Part shown: positions 1 through 8,663 of the stretch, in pieces
Position numbering within the stretch: the stretch's first letter is position 1
How the letters are laid out: each line of letters begins with the position of its first letter
Assembly (NCBI GenBank): GCA_022822205.1
Contig: JAJECC010000109.1
Span: 505-64,504 of the forward strand
Length of the DNA: 64,000 nt
Direction of reading: 5' to 3'
Source: Rhodospirillales bacterium
Lineage (GTDB): Bacteria; Pseudomonadota; Alphaproteobacteria; Rhodospirillales; UBA2165
Made by a program: the position numbers and the translations under genes
The notes under the pieces: model-generated
Seen by the model: only the letters and a program-made list of their open reading frames with translations
Told to the model about the DNA's origin: nothing
Database searches by the model: none

Positions 1-427
1 GGACGGCCCAGAGAACGCCGGGATCGTGCCACCCGACAAAGCTCAGAATGAAGATTGTGACGGAGACCGCCGCGATGAGGCTCACCGTCAGGCCGTTGCG
101 CTTGAACAGAGGCGCGAGGGCGCGGGGCCAGGCGTAAGCGGCGTAGGAATTCGCCCGGACCGTCGCCATGACCTTGGGTACGTTGACCTCGAACTCGTGG
201 GGCGGGGAGAATTGGCAATCCACGTAACACCCGCCGCAGGCATGGCAGAGATTAGCCAGATAATTGAGATCGCCCCTGGGAAAGGCGCGCCGCAACTCCA
301 TGGCCGGAAAGACGGCGCACAGGCCTTCGCAGTACCGGCACGAATTGCAGACGGTCATCAGGCGTGCGGCTTCGTCCAGCGGTTCGGACAGAACGGGTGA
401 GCCGGGGTTGGGTGCGGTCACATTCAT
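1..427 (-). CDS. tcuB: Tricarballylate utilisation 4Fe-4S membrane protein TcuB, N-terminal part only (the rest lies beyond the left edge)
   Basis: Absent from the ORF track because it runs off the edge. My minus-strand translation from ATG 427..425 gives MNVTAPNPGSPVLSEPLDEAARLMTVCNSCRYCEGLCAVFPAMELRRAFPRGDLNYLANLCHACGGCYVDCQFSPPHEF... It has two CxxCxxCxxxC cluster motifs followed by a hydrophobic helix. Its start overlaps the tcuA stop (ATGA). Confidence 0.75.
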   Translation of the reverse strand, partial: MNVTAPNPGSPVLSEPLDEAARLMTVCNSCRYCEGLCAVFPAMELRRAFPRGDLNYLANLCHACGGCYVDCQFSPPHEFEVNVPKVMATVRANSYAAYAWPRALAPLFKRNGLTVSLIAAVSVTIFILSFVGWHDPGVLWAV

Positions 428-1845
428 TCGGCGGCACTCCTTACCCCGGCATTGCCGAGCGCGAGCCGAGCTGCTTCCCGCCCGGCGATCCGCCCAAAGA
501 CGCTGCCGATGGTCATCCCCACGCCGCCGGCATAACCCTTGCCGAGGACGTTGCCGGCCATCATCTCGCCCGCGGCGAACATGTTGGCGGACGGCGCACC
601 GCTCTCCATCAGGATGCCGGCGTCCCGGTTTACCTTTGCGCAGAGGTAGGTGAAGGTGATGCCGGGCCGGACGGGATAGGCATAAAACGGGGCCGTCTCG
701 ATTTTCTGCGCCCAGTGGGTCTTGTCGGGCGTGAGGCCCTCGGTGCGGCAATCGTCCAGGATGGCCGGATCGAACGTGCCCGGCCGCACCGCCGCGTTGA
801 AGTCCGAGACCGTCCGGTCCAGGACATCCGGGTCCAGTTCCAGCTCTTCGGCGAGCCCGCGAATGGTCGGCGCCGGGATCGGCGGGTAGAGGGACGGCAT
901 GAAGCGCTCCAGCGAGGGCGCATCGAAAATGATGTAGGCGATCTGTCCCGGCTGCCGCGCGACGAGCCGGCCCCACACCGCGTACCGCTTGGGCCAGATA
1001 TCCTCGCCCTCGTCGTAGAAGCGCTCGGCTTCACGGTTGACGACGATCCCGAACACCACGCAATCGAGCCGGGTGACGATGCCGCCGTCGTACTTGGGCG
1101 CCCGCGCATCGATGGCGACGGCGTGGCATTGGGTGGGGTCTCCGATGGTCTTGACGCCGGCGTTCATCAGCATCCTGAGGACGGCGCCCTTGTTGTTGGC
1201 GGTGCCGCGGATCAGGAAATTGTCGGCGATCTCGCCCCAGCCCTCCTTGAGCCACTCGAAATTGGATTCGAACCCGCCGCAGGCGGCAACGAAGCCGCGG
1301 GCCGGCACCGTGTGGTCCCGCCCGTCCTTTCGGTAGGTTGCCGAGGAAAACTCGCCGTCCCGGACGTCGACCGCGACAACCTCGGCCTCGTAGCGAATTT
1401 CGACGCCGAGATCCTCGGCGGTGGCATAGAGGGCGTTCAGCATGCCCCGGCCGCCGCCGAGGAAGAACGAGTTCGTCCGCCCGAGACTCAGCGTGCCCGC
1501 GAGCGAGGGCTGAAACCTGACCCCCTGCTCGACGATCCAGGTCAGGATTTCCTTGGACTCGGAGATCATCAGCCGGGCCAGTTCTTCGTCCGTGTTGCCC
1601 TCGGTGACCCGGATCAGATCGTCGTAGAACTCGTCTTCGGTGTAGGGTCCCGTGAGCGTATCGGTTGCCGTATCATGGGCGCAGCGCATGTTGCGGGTGT
1701 GGCGCGTATTGCCGCCGCGATAGAACTTCGCGGCCGCTTCGAGCACGAGGACACTCGCGCCTTCGCGGCGCGCGGCGACGGCTGCGCAGAGGCCGGCGTT
1801 GCCGCCGCCGGCGATCAGAACATCAAATTCCCGTTCCGTACTCAT
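424..1845 (-). CDS. tcuA: FAD-dependent tricarballylate dehydrogenase TcuA
   Basis: Track ORF 424..1956. The first 37 aa are Arg/Ser-rich and unlikely to be real. The internal ATG at 1845 gives MSTEREFDVLIAGGGNAGLCAAVAARREG (FAD GxGxxG). The protein is a fumarate-reductase-like flavoprotein, and tcuB follows immediately. Confidence 0.85.
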   Translation of the reverse strand: MSTEREFDVLIAGGGNAGLCAAVAARREGASVLVLEAAAKFYRGGNTRHTRNMRCAHDTATDTLTGPYTEDEFYDDLIRVTEGNTDEELARLMISESKEILTWIVEQGVRFQPSLAGTLSLGRTNSFFLGGGRGMLNALYATAEDLGVEIRYEAEVVAVDVRDGEFSSATYRKDGRDHTVPARGFVAACGGFESNFEWLKEGWGEIADNFLIRGTANNKGAVLRMLMNAGVKTIGDPTQCHAVAIDARAPKYDGGIVTRLDCVVFGIVVNREAERFYDEGEDIWPKRYAVWGRLVARQPGQIAYIIFDAPSLERFMPSLYPPIPAPTIRGLAEELELDPDVLDRTVSDFNAAVRPGTFDPAILDDCRTEGLTPDKTHWAQKIETAPFYAYPVRPGITFTYLCAKVNRDAGILMESGAPSANMFAAGEMMAGNVLGKGYAGGVGMTIGSVFGRIAGREAARLALGNAGVRSAAE

Positions 1846-1858
1846 GGCGATTACGGAG

Positions 1859-2950
1859 CTACCGGCCGTTCCACACCGACGACGGCACGAAAACCTCCCC
1901 GGCGGCGAGCTTCCGCGACGTGCGAAGAATTCCGGCCGAGTTGAGCGAGAAGCCATCGTCGTCCGAGTAGTCCACGATGACGTCCATCAGTCCGAGCGGA
2001 TGTTCGAGGACGACGGTTACCGGGCTGCCCGAAGGCTTGTCGAAGAGGCCATTGGCGACCGTCCCCGGCATGAGCGCGCAGGATGCGAGGCACTGCGAGC
2101 CGGTCACCGCCATTGTCGGGTGAGTCTTCCAGGGATCGAAATAACGGGCCGCGATTGTGCCCCCCTGTTCGGGCGGCGCGAGGAGGCCGAATTTCGGCGT
2201 CACCGACTTGCCGACGTCTCCCATTCCCATTTTCTCGCCCGCCTTGAGACGAAGCGCCTCCATGCGGCGGAAGAAGTCTCTGTCGGCATCCAGTTCTTCG
2301 CGGGTTTCATGACCGGAAAGCCCGAAATCCCGGGCGCGGCCGATAACCAGCGGCATGGCGACATCCATGCAGGTGACCTCTATCCCGTCAATTTCGTCGA
2401 TGGTGCTTCCGGTCGGCAGGAAGGCGCCGGTGGATGAGCCGGCCACGTCCATGAAGTTCAACTCGATGGGCGCTGCGCTTCCCGGAACGCCGTCAATCCG
2501 GGCATCGCCCTCATAGGTGACCGCGCCACCCGGCGTGCGGACGTTGGCGACGATGCGGGCGCCGGTATTGACCGCATGAATCTTGATCCGCGTCTCACCT
2601 TCGGCGGCGGGGATGAGACCCATTTCAAGAGCAGCCGGCCCAACGCCCGAAAGCATGTTTCCGCAGGTGGGTTTGAAGTCGACCAGCTTTTCTTCGACGG
2701 CCACCTGCCCGAAGAAGTAATCGATGTCCGCCCAGTCGCCGTCCGCCGCCTTGGAGAGCATCACCACCTTGGTGGTTACCGAGACGCCGCCGCCGATTCC
2801 GTCGATGTTGATGGAATGCCCCGCGCCGACGGCCGAGATGAGAACTCTTGCCAGATCATCCAAATCCTCCGGCAAATCCGATCGTTTGAAGTAGGGGCCG
2901 CGGGACGTGCCGCCGCGCATGAACAGGAATGGGATTGCCGTCTGACTCAT
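1859..2950 (-). CDS. PrpF / aconitate-isomerase / 4-oxalomesaconate-tautomerase family isomerase
   Basis: The ATG at 2950 gives MSQTAIPFLFMRGGTSRGPYF, the typical PrpF-family N-terminus. The gene lies 13 bp upstream of tcuA and 11 bp downstream of the TctA gene. Confidence 0.8.
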   Translation of the reverse strand: MSQTAIPFLFMRGGTSRGPYFKRSDLPEDLDDLARVLISAVGAGHSINIDGIGGGVSVTTKVVMLSKAADGDWADIDYFFGQVAVEEKLVDFKPTCGNMLSGVGPAALEMGLIPAAEGETRIKIHAVNTGARIVANVRTPGGAVTYEGDARIDGVPGSAAPIELNFMDVAGSSTGAFLPTGSTIDEIDGIEVTCMDVAMPLVIGRARDFGLSGHETREELDADRDFFRRMEALRLKAGEKMGMGDVGKSVTPKFGLLAPPEQGGTIAARYFDPWKTHPTMAVTGSQCLASCALMPGTVANGLFDKPSGSPVTVVLEHPLGLMDVIVDYSDDDGFSLNSAGILRTSRKLAAGEVFVPSSVWNGR

Positions 2951-2961
2951 CGGTCCGCGCC

Positions 2962-5013
2962 TCAGGTCAGCGGCCAAGGCAGTTCAAGGAAATGCTGCAG
3001 CAGCCCGGGCGGGAATTCTCGATTGAGCACCCAGGCCATGAACATCATGAAGGCGATGCTGCAGACGGTGTAGATGCCCGCCTTGGTCCAACTCAAACCG
3101 GCGCGGATGCGCATGAAGGCCAGCAGGAAGACCAGCAGCGCCAGTATGAAGCCGACCAAGGATGTGAGGATGAGCAGGAATCCGAACCACGCCAGCGTCG
3201 GCCAGAGGCCATGAACCGGCGACGTATCCCCGCCGTGGGATTCCCGGTCGGCGAAGATCGTATCCGTCGCCGGCCGCCGCGCCATCATCACCAGCATGAT
3301 CGCCACGCAGATCATGCCCACGCTTGCCACGAACATGGGGAAGATCTTGTCGGTGATCAGGCGGTCGGAGATCAGCGAGGCGTTGTAGAAGCTTGCGGCG
3401 AAGTAGATGCCGACCAACGCCATGAAGATGACCGGCGCCCGCTTGCCGCCGGATTCAACCTCGCCTTCCGCCATGATCACCTTCGCTTGCCGAATTCCGA
3501 AATAGATCGAAATGGCGGTAATCACGATCAGCACGATGACGATCGGACCGAACAGGTACTCCAACCCCGACGCCATGCCCTCGCGGAACTTGGACGCGGC
3601 GACCTGGTAAGCCTGGTTGGCGAAAGTCTCCGCCGGGTTGGAGAGCACGAAGCCGATGAGAAACGCCGGACGCGACCAATCGAAGCGGCGCAGAAAAATT
3701 CCCAGCAGCCCGATTGAAAACAGCGCGACCAGATCGGCCAGGTTTTGACCGGACTGAAATGCCGCGAACGAAATCAGCATGAACAGGAACGGCGCCAACA
3801 GCGTAAACCGTATGGTGGTCAGCCTGGCGATTGTCGGAGACAGGCCGATGCAAAGCGCCGTGCCGACGACGTTGGCGAGGGCCAACAGCCAGACGATTGA
3901 ATAGGTGATGTCGAGGTAATTGGCGGACAGCATCTGCGGCCCGACCTCGAGGTCTCCCGATCCCAGGAGCGCGACGGCGCCGATGAACACCGCCATGGAA
4001 CCGGAGCCCGGAATGCCGAAGATCAATGTGGGAACGAGCCCTCCGCCCTCTTTGGCGTTGTTGGAGCTTTCCGGGCCGATAATTCCGCGGATTTCACCGC
4101 TGCCGAAGCCGCTCTTGTCCTTGGTGGTCTGGACCGTATGACCATAGGCGATCCAATCCACCACCGAGCCGCCCAGGCCCGGAATGACGCCGACGATAAC
4201 GCCGATGACGGCGCAGCGGACGGACAGCATCTTGTTTCGCCACCAATCCTTTACGCCGTCGAACCATCCGGCGCCGAGCGCGGCACCCTTGGCGATCGAC
4301 TGGTCCTGGCGCAGAAGAGTGATGATTTCCGGAACCGCAAAAATCCCGAGCCCGACGATGACGAGCTTCAGGCCATCGGTCAGGTAGGCAATGTCGTAGG
4401 TCGCCATTCGGAGCGAGCCGCCGGCATCTGCCTCGCCGATGGTGCCGACCAACAGGCCGAGCCCGGCCGCGGCCAAGCCCTTCAAGGGCACGCGGCCGGC
4501 GAGAACGGCGACCATCGAGAGGCCGAAAATCGTAATCATCAGCATCTCGGGCAGGCCAAAGGCCAGCACGATGGGCCGGGCGACCAGAATGAAGAAAGTC
4601 AGAAACAGGGCGCCGACCAGACCGCCGAACAACGACGATGCGAATGCCGCCGCAAGGGCGCGCGCGGCCTCGCCTTTCTGCGCCAGGGGGAAACCATCCA
4701 AAACCGTCGCCTGTGACGCGGACGAGCCGGGAATTCCCATCAGGACCGATGCGAACGTGTCCGACGTCGGCACCACGGCGACCATGCCGACCATCAGGGC
4801 CAGCCCGCTGACCGTATCCATGCCGAATATGAACGGTAGAACCAGGGACAGTCCGGCGATACCGCCAAGCCCCGGGAATACGCCGACGGCCAGTCCCATG
4901 ACCACGCCAAGCGCGAGAAACATCAATACGCCCGGCTGCAGAATGAGCCCGAAGGCATCTCCCAATGCCGGCAGTACGGTACCTAGAATATCCACGATCA
5001 AGCCCCTCCCCAA
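2962..5013 (-). CDS. TTT large permease TctA with a fused C-terminal TctB-like multi-helix extension (683 aa)
   Basis: N-terminal TctA signature: FPGLGGIAGLSLVLPF... and ...GIPGSGSMAVFIGA. It is about 170 aa longer than the canonical TctA proteins in this window (509 and 531 aa). The tail is made of hydrophobic helices. No separate tctB gene is present at this locus. Confidence 0.85.
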   Translation of the reverse strand: MGRGLIVDILGTVLPALGDAFGLILQPGVLMFLALGVVMGLAVGVFPGLGGIAGLSLVLPFIFGMDTVSGLALMVGMVAVVPTSDTFASVLMGIPGSSASQATVLDGFPLAQKGEAARALAAAFASSLFGGLVGALFLTFFILVARPIVLAFGLPEMLMITIFGLSMVAVLAGRVPLKGLAAAGLGLLVGTIGEADAGGSLRMATYDIAYLTDGLKLVIVGLGIFAVPEIITLLRQDQSIAKGAALGAGWFDGVKDWWRNKMLSVRCAVIGVIVGVIPGLGGSVVDWIAYGHTVQTTKDKSGFGSGEIRGIIGPESSNNAKEGGGLVPTLIFGIPGSGSMAVFIGAVALLGSGDLEVGPQMLSANYLDITYSIVWLLALANVVGTALCIGLSPTIARLTTIRFTLLAPFLFMLISFAAFQSGQNLADLVALFSIGLLGIFLRRFDWSRPAFLIGFVLSNPAETFANQAYQVAASKFREGMASGLEYLFGPIVIVLIVITAISIYFGIRQAKVIMAEGEVESGGKRAPVIFMALVGIYFAASFYNASLISDRLITDKIFPMFVASVGMICVAIMLVMMARRPATDTIFADRESHGGDTSPVHGLWPTLAWFGFLLILTSLVGFILALLVFLLAFMRIRAGLSWTKAGIYTVCSIAFMMFMAWVLNREFPPGLLQHFLELPWPLT

Positions 5014-5063
5014 GGAGTGCGGCGCCCCGCCGCTCGGCAGGGCGCCGTCTTACGTGGCCGGGG

Positions 5064-6161
5064 TTATTTCAGCTCGACGCCGTAGTCGGCCTTGAGCCAT
5101 TTCTTGACGAAGGCCTTTGCCGAATCCGGAACCGAGGTGGCCCGGGCGAGCGCGGCTTGGGCGTCCTTGCCGACGAACATCGGGTATTTGCCGAGACGTT
5201 TCGCGGAAATCTTCTCGAAGTCCGCACGGCCCTTCACCTTGGCGAAGCCGGCGGTCAGGGTGTCGACGACCTCCTGGGAGGTGCCCTTGGGAAGGAAGGC
5301 GATCTTCTGCACCGGGAACCCGGCGATGAAGAATGCCTTCCACGCGTCCCATTGCTCACCGGACGCCTTGCAGCCGTCGGTTTTCCCGCAAACCTCCTTG
5401 AAGGTCGGAATGTCCGGGAACGTCGGATCGCGGACGATGTTGCCGGCGGAGTCCAGAGAGCCCCAAGTCATCATGGGGACGGCCTTGCCGTCCTTGACCA
5501 GGGGGACGACGCTCTTCAGGTAGGCGGACGACGTCTGATAATCGATGTTGGCTTCGCCGCGCTCGAACATCAGGCGGCCGGCGCCGCGGCTCTTGATGCC
5601 GAAGACGGGCTCGACATTGAGGCCCAGCATTTTCCAGGCCAGGATCGGCACCAGGTCGAGACGGGTCGCGCCCTGCGATCCATAGATGAACTTCTCGCCC
5701 TTGAGTTTGTTGGCCGAGCCGTCGAATTTGCCGCCAAGCTTGGCGGGCAGATAGGCGACGCCGCCGGTGCCGGTGGCCATAACCGGCTTCCAATCCTTGT
5801 ACTCGTAGCGAACCCGGGGATCGCCCAACAGGTACGGGAACTGCGTCGAGCCGGACGAGCCGAACATGACGGTTCCGTCGCCGTTCTTTTGCTTCTGGAA
5901 CCAGTTGGCGCCCTTGGTGGAACCGGCGCCCGGCATGAAGCGCACGACCACCTTGGGCGAACCGGGCAGCGCCTGGCCCAGCAGCGGCGCGAAGAAGTTG
6001 GCCCATTTCGCGGAGCCGCCCGTTTCGGAGAACGGGATCGTCCATTGAATGGTTTTTCCGGCCAGATTCGTTTCCGCATTGGCGGAAGCGCCAATACCAA
6101 ATGCCGCCAAGGCGGCCGCGCCAACTGCAGCATGGCGCAGATGCTTCGATACTCCAGACAT
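5064..6161 (-). CDS. TTT periplasmic substrate-binding protein (TctC/Bug-like, long variant)
   Basis: The ATG at 6161 follows a GGGAG Shine-Dalgarno sequence and gives MSGVSKHLRHAAVGAAALAAFGIGASANA, a signal peptide. It is a paralogue of 56585..57667 and lies 50 bp upstream of the TctA gene. Confidence 0.75.
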   Translation of the reverse strand: MSGVSKHLRHAAVGAAALAAFGIGASANAETNLAGKTIQWTIPFSETGGSAKWANFFAPLLGQALPGSPKVVVRFMPGAGSTKGANWFQKQKNGDGTVMFGSSGSTQFPYLLGDPRVRYEYKDWKPVMATGTGGVAYLPAKLGGKFDGSANKLKGEKFIYGSQGATRLDLVPILAWKMLGLNVEPVFGIKSRGAGRLMFERGEANIDYQTSSAYLKSVVPLVKDGKAVPMMTWGSLDSAGNIVRDPTFPDIPTFKEVCGKTDGCKASGEQWDAWKAFFIAGFPVQKIAFLPKGTSQEVVDTLTAGFAKVKGRADFEKISAKRLGKYPMFVGKDAQAALARATSVPDSAKAFVKKWLKADYGVELK

Positions 6162-6304
6162 GTAAAACTCCCAACTGTCTCTGTGTGATGAATGCGCCTC
6201 CACGACGCATCCAACGAAATTCCCCGCCGATCGCGTTCAGGCCGTCGGCTTGATAGACGGATCATGCTGTAGCAAGCTTGCACGAAGCTTTCCGGGGGAG
6301 AGCC

Positions 6305-6973
6305 TTGCGCATCGTTATTGTCGAGGACAATGATTCACTGGCTTCCGGTATTGCCCACCGGCTGAGGGATCTCGGACACGCCGTCGACGTGTTGAACGAC
6401 GGCGAGGACGGCGACGCCTACCTGGCAAGCGAGGGCGGCGACCTGGTGATCCTCGATATCAATCTGCCGGGCATGAGCGGCCTCGAGATTTTGCGGGGGA
6501 TGCGGGCGCGGCATGACCCGACGCCCGTCCTCATGCTCACCGCGCGGACGGATACCTCCGACAAAGTCGAAGGTCTGGACATGGGCGCCGACGACTATCT
6601 GGTCAAACCCTTCGAGATGGAAGAGTTGGAGGCGCGCATTCGCGCCCTTTTGCGCCGGAGAGGCGTTACGCAGTCGCCCATCCAATCCATCGGCGCGCTG
6701 GATTTTGACGTGGGCGCGCGCGTGCTGCGGGCCAAGGGTGAGGTGATCGGGTTGAGGCGGCGGGAACTCGCGGCCTTCGAATGCCTGTTGGAGCGTAAAG
6801 GCCGACTGGTGCCGAAGTCGGTGCTGATCGACCAGATGTATGGCGTGGGCGCCGACGTGGACGACAAGGTCGTCGAAGCGCCCATATCAAGACTCCGGAA
6901 GAAGCTGGCCGGCTACGACGTAACGATCAAAGCGGCGCGCGGGCTCGGCTATTTGATGGAAGACACGGAATAA
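6305..6973 (+). CDS. OmpR-family response regulator (TctD-like)
   Basis: LRIVIVEDNDSL...DLVILDINLPGMSG receiver domain plus a winged-helix C-terminus. I prefer the TTG at 6305, preceded by GGGGGAG, over the track start at 6278. Divergent from the TTT/tcu operon. Confidence 0.85.
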   Translation: MRIVIVEDNDSLASGIAHRLRDLGHAVDVLNDGEDGDAYLASEGGDLVILDINLPGMSGLEILRGMRARHDPTPVLMLTARTDTSDKVEGLDMGADDYLVKPFEMEELEARIRALLRRRGVTQSPIQSIGALDFDVGARVLRAKGEVIGLRRRELAAFECLLERKGRLVPKSVLIDQMYGVGADVDDKVVEAPISRLRKKLAGYDVTIKAARGLGYLMEDTE

Positions 6974-8355
6974 TGCCGGCAAACCTCTCTCTGCGGGCGC
7001 GTCTGCTCATTATCATTCTCATACCTCTGGGCATCGTCTCCCTCGGCGCCGCCTATTGGCGGATCACTTCGGCCGCGGAGACGGCCCAGGAAATTTTCGA
7101 CCGGAACCTGGAAGCGCTCACATTGGCCATTTCACGGGATATCGTGGTTTCCGGCGGCGATGTCATATCCGATTCGACGCGAGAGCTTCTCACCAGCCGG
7201 TTCGGCGGGACGCTCTACTACCATGTCTACGGGCCCGACGGCGCGTTCGTCACCGGCTATGCCTCGCCGCCGGTAACCCCGGGTGCGATCGAGCTCAAGG
7301 ACAATCAGCCCGTGCTGTTCGAATCCGTTTATCGCGACGAACCGGTTCGGGTCGCCCGGCTGCGGGAGCAGGCGGACTTCGTGGCGGTCAGCGGATTCGC
7401 CTCGGTGACCGTTTGGCAAACCCTGGCCGAGCGGGAGGCTTTCGTCCGGCAACAGGCGACGCAGGCAATCATCGTGGTTGTCTCACTATTCCTCACCGTC
7501 GCCATCGTTATCTGGTTCGGGATCAAGCTGGGACTCAAGCCGCTCACCGACCTTCAGGAAGCAATCGCCGAGCGCTCCTCGGACGATCTCGGCATCATAC
7601 GGCGGCCCGTACCGCCCGAGGTCACCGGGCTGGTCTCGACGCTGAACTCTCTCCTGGGCCAGGTTGAAGCCGCGATTGCCAGCCGGGACAGGTTCATTTC
7701 CGATGCCGCTCACCAGCTGCGCAACCCGATCGCCGGCATACTCTCGTTGGCGGAGGCCGCCCATGGCGCAAAGTCGCCGACGGACCGGGAAATCCGTGTC
7801 GGCGAGCTGGTCAGCGCGGCGCGGCGGGCGTCCCGCCTCACCAACCAATTGCTTTCACTCGAACGCGCGAAGGGGCGGTCGATTGACGGCCGGCTGCGCC
7901 CGGCCGACCTCAACCGGATTGCGAGAACCGTTTGCGAGCGGAGTGCGGGCCAGGTTCTCGAGCACGACATCGACCTCGTATTCGAGGCCCATGACGGCGT
8001 GCTTGACGTGGAGGTCGACGAACTGTTGCTCGAGGAAGCAATTCAGAATTTGATCGACAACGCGGTCAAACACGGCGGTCCGGAGAACACCGAGATATCG
8101 GTGCGGGTCGGCGCGCTGAACGGCAGCGGCGTGGTTTCCGTCTCCGACAACGGCGCCGGGATCAGCGCCCAGGACAGCGAGGTCGCTTTCTCCCGCTTCG
8201 GGCAGGTCGAGCCCGGCGAGGGCAGCGGTCTCGGGTTGGCGATCGTCAAGGAGATCGCCGAATTGCATGGCGGCGGCGCGCAAATCGAGCCGTCGGCCAT
8301 CGGCGCCAGGATATCGCTCTCCATACCGTTGACCGGCCATCGGGAGCGGGATTGA
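6973..8355 (+). CDS. Sensor histidine kinase (TctE-like)
   Basis: Two N-terminal transmembrane segments, H-box FISDAAHQLRNPIAGI, and DNGAGI / GSGLGLAIV ATPase motifs. The start overlaps the response-regulator stop (TAATG). Confidence 0.85.
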   Translation: MPANLSLRARLLIIILIPLGIVSLGAAYWRITSAAETAQEIFDRNLEALTLAISRDIVVSGGDVISDSTRELLTSRFGGTLYYHVYGPDGAFVTGYASPPVTPGAIELKDNQPVLFESVYRDEPVRVARLREQADFVAVSGFASVTVWQTLAEREAFVRQQATQAIIVVVSLFLTVAIVIWFGIKLGLKPLTDLQEAIAERSSDDLGIIRRPVPPEVTGLVSTLNSLLGQVEAAIASRDRFISDAAHQLRNPIAGILSLAEAAHGAKSPTDREIRVGELVSAARRASRLTNQLLSLERAKGRSIDGRLRPADLNRIARTVCERSAGQVLEHDIDLVFEAHDGVLDVEVDELLLEEAIQNLIDNAVKHGGPENTEISVRVGALNGSGVVSVSDNGAGISAQDSEVAFSRFGQVEPGEGSGLGLAIVKEIAELHGGGAQIEPSAIGARISLSIPLTGHRERD

Positions 8356-8516
8356 AGGTCCCGGCCGAGCGCGAGGCGGTTGTTCGGCGGCCTCGGGCGC
8401 ACCCCCGGCCATAAGCGGACATCGGTCCGGCCGCGTGACACGCTCGCCGATTTTCCTGTACGCTCCCGCGTGTCGTCTGGGATCTCCAATCAAGACATTC
8501 TCAAACTGGATTCGTC

Positions 8517-8663
8517 ATGCTGGACGCATTTGTTACCGGGCTGTTGCTGGTCTTCGAATGGCCGGCGATCGGCTTCCTGTTCCTGGGCGTGTTCATCGGG
8601 ATTTGGCTGGGCGCCATACCGGGCCTGGGCGGCGGAGAGCTAGAATGCGCGTCCCGGTCCTGA
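8517..8663 (+). pseudogene. Truncated N-terminal remnant of a tctA gene (48 codons)
   Basis: It translates to MLDAFVTGLLLVFEWPAIGFLFLGVFIGIWLGAIPGLGGGELECASRS*. By hand alignment, 24 of the first 39 residues match the N-terminus of the fused TctA at 57795..59813 (MFDAVLIGLSQVFSWPAIGYLGFGIFLGVWLGALPGIGG). Similarity stops where the next gene starts. Confidence 0.6.

Noticed and set aside
364-1944. 526-aa plus-strand ORF fully overlapping tcuA
   Set aside because: It is antisense to a gene with clear FAD motifs. The product is Arg/Gly/Pro/Ala-rich with no recognisable motif. This is a typical high-GC shadow ORF.
6272-6292. GCAAGCTTGC palindrome and AAGCTT direct repeat just upstream of the response-regulator gene
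   Set aside because: It lies within about 30 nt of the preferred start codon and is very short, so it cannot be told apart from chance. I note it only as a possible site.
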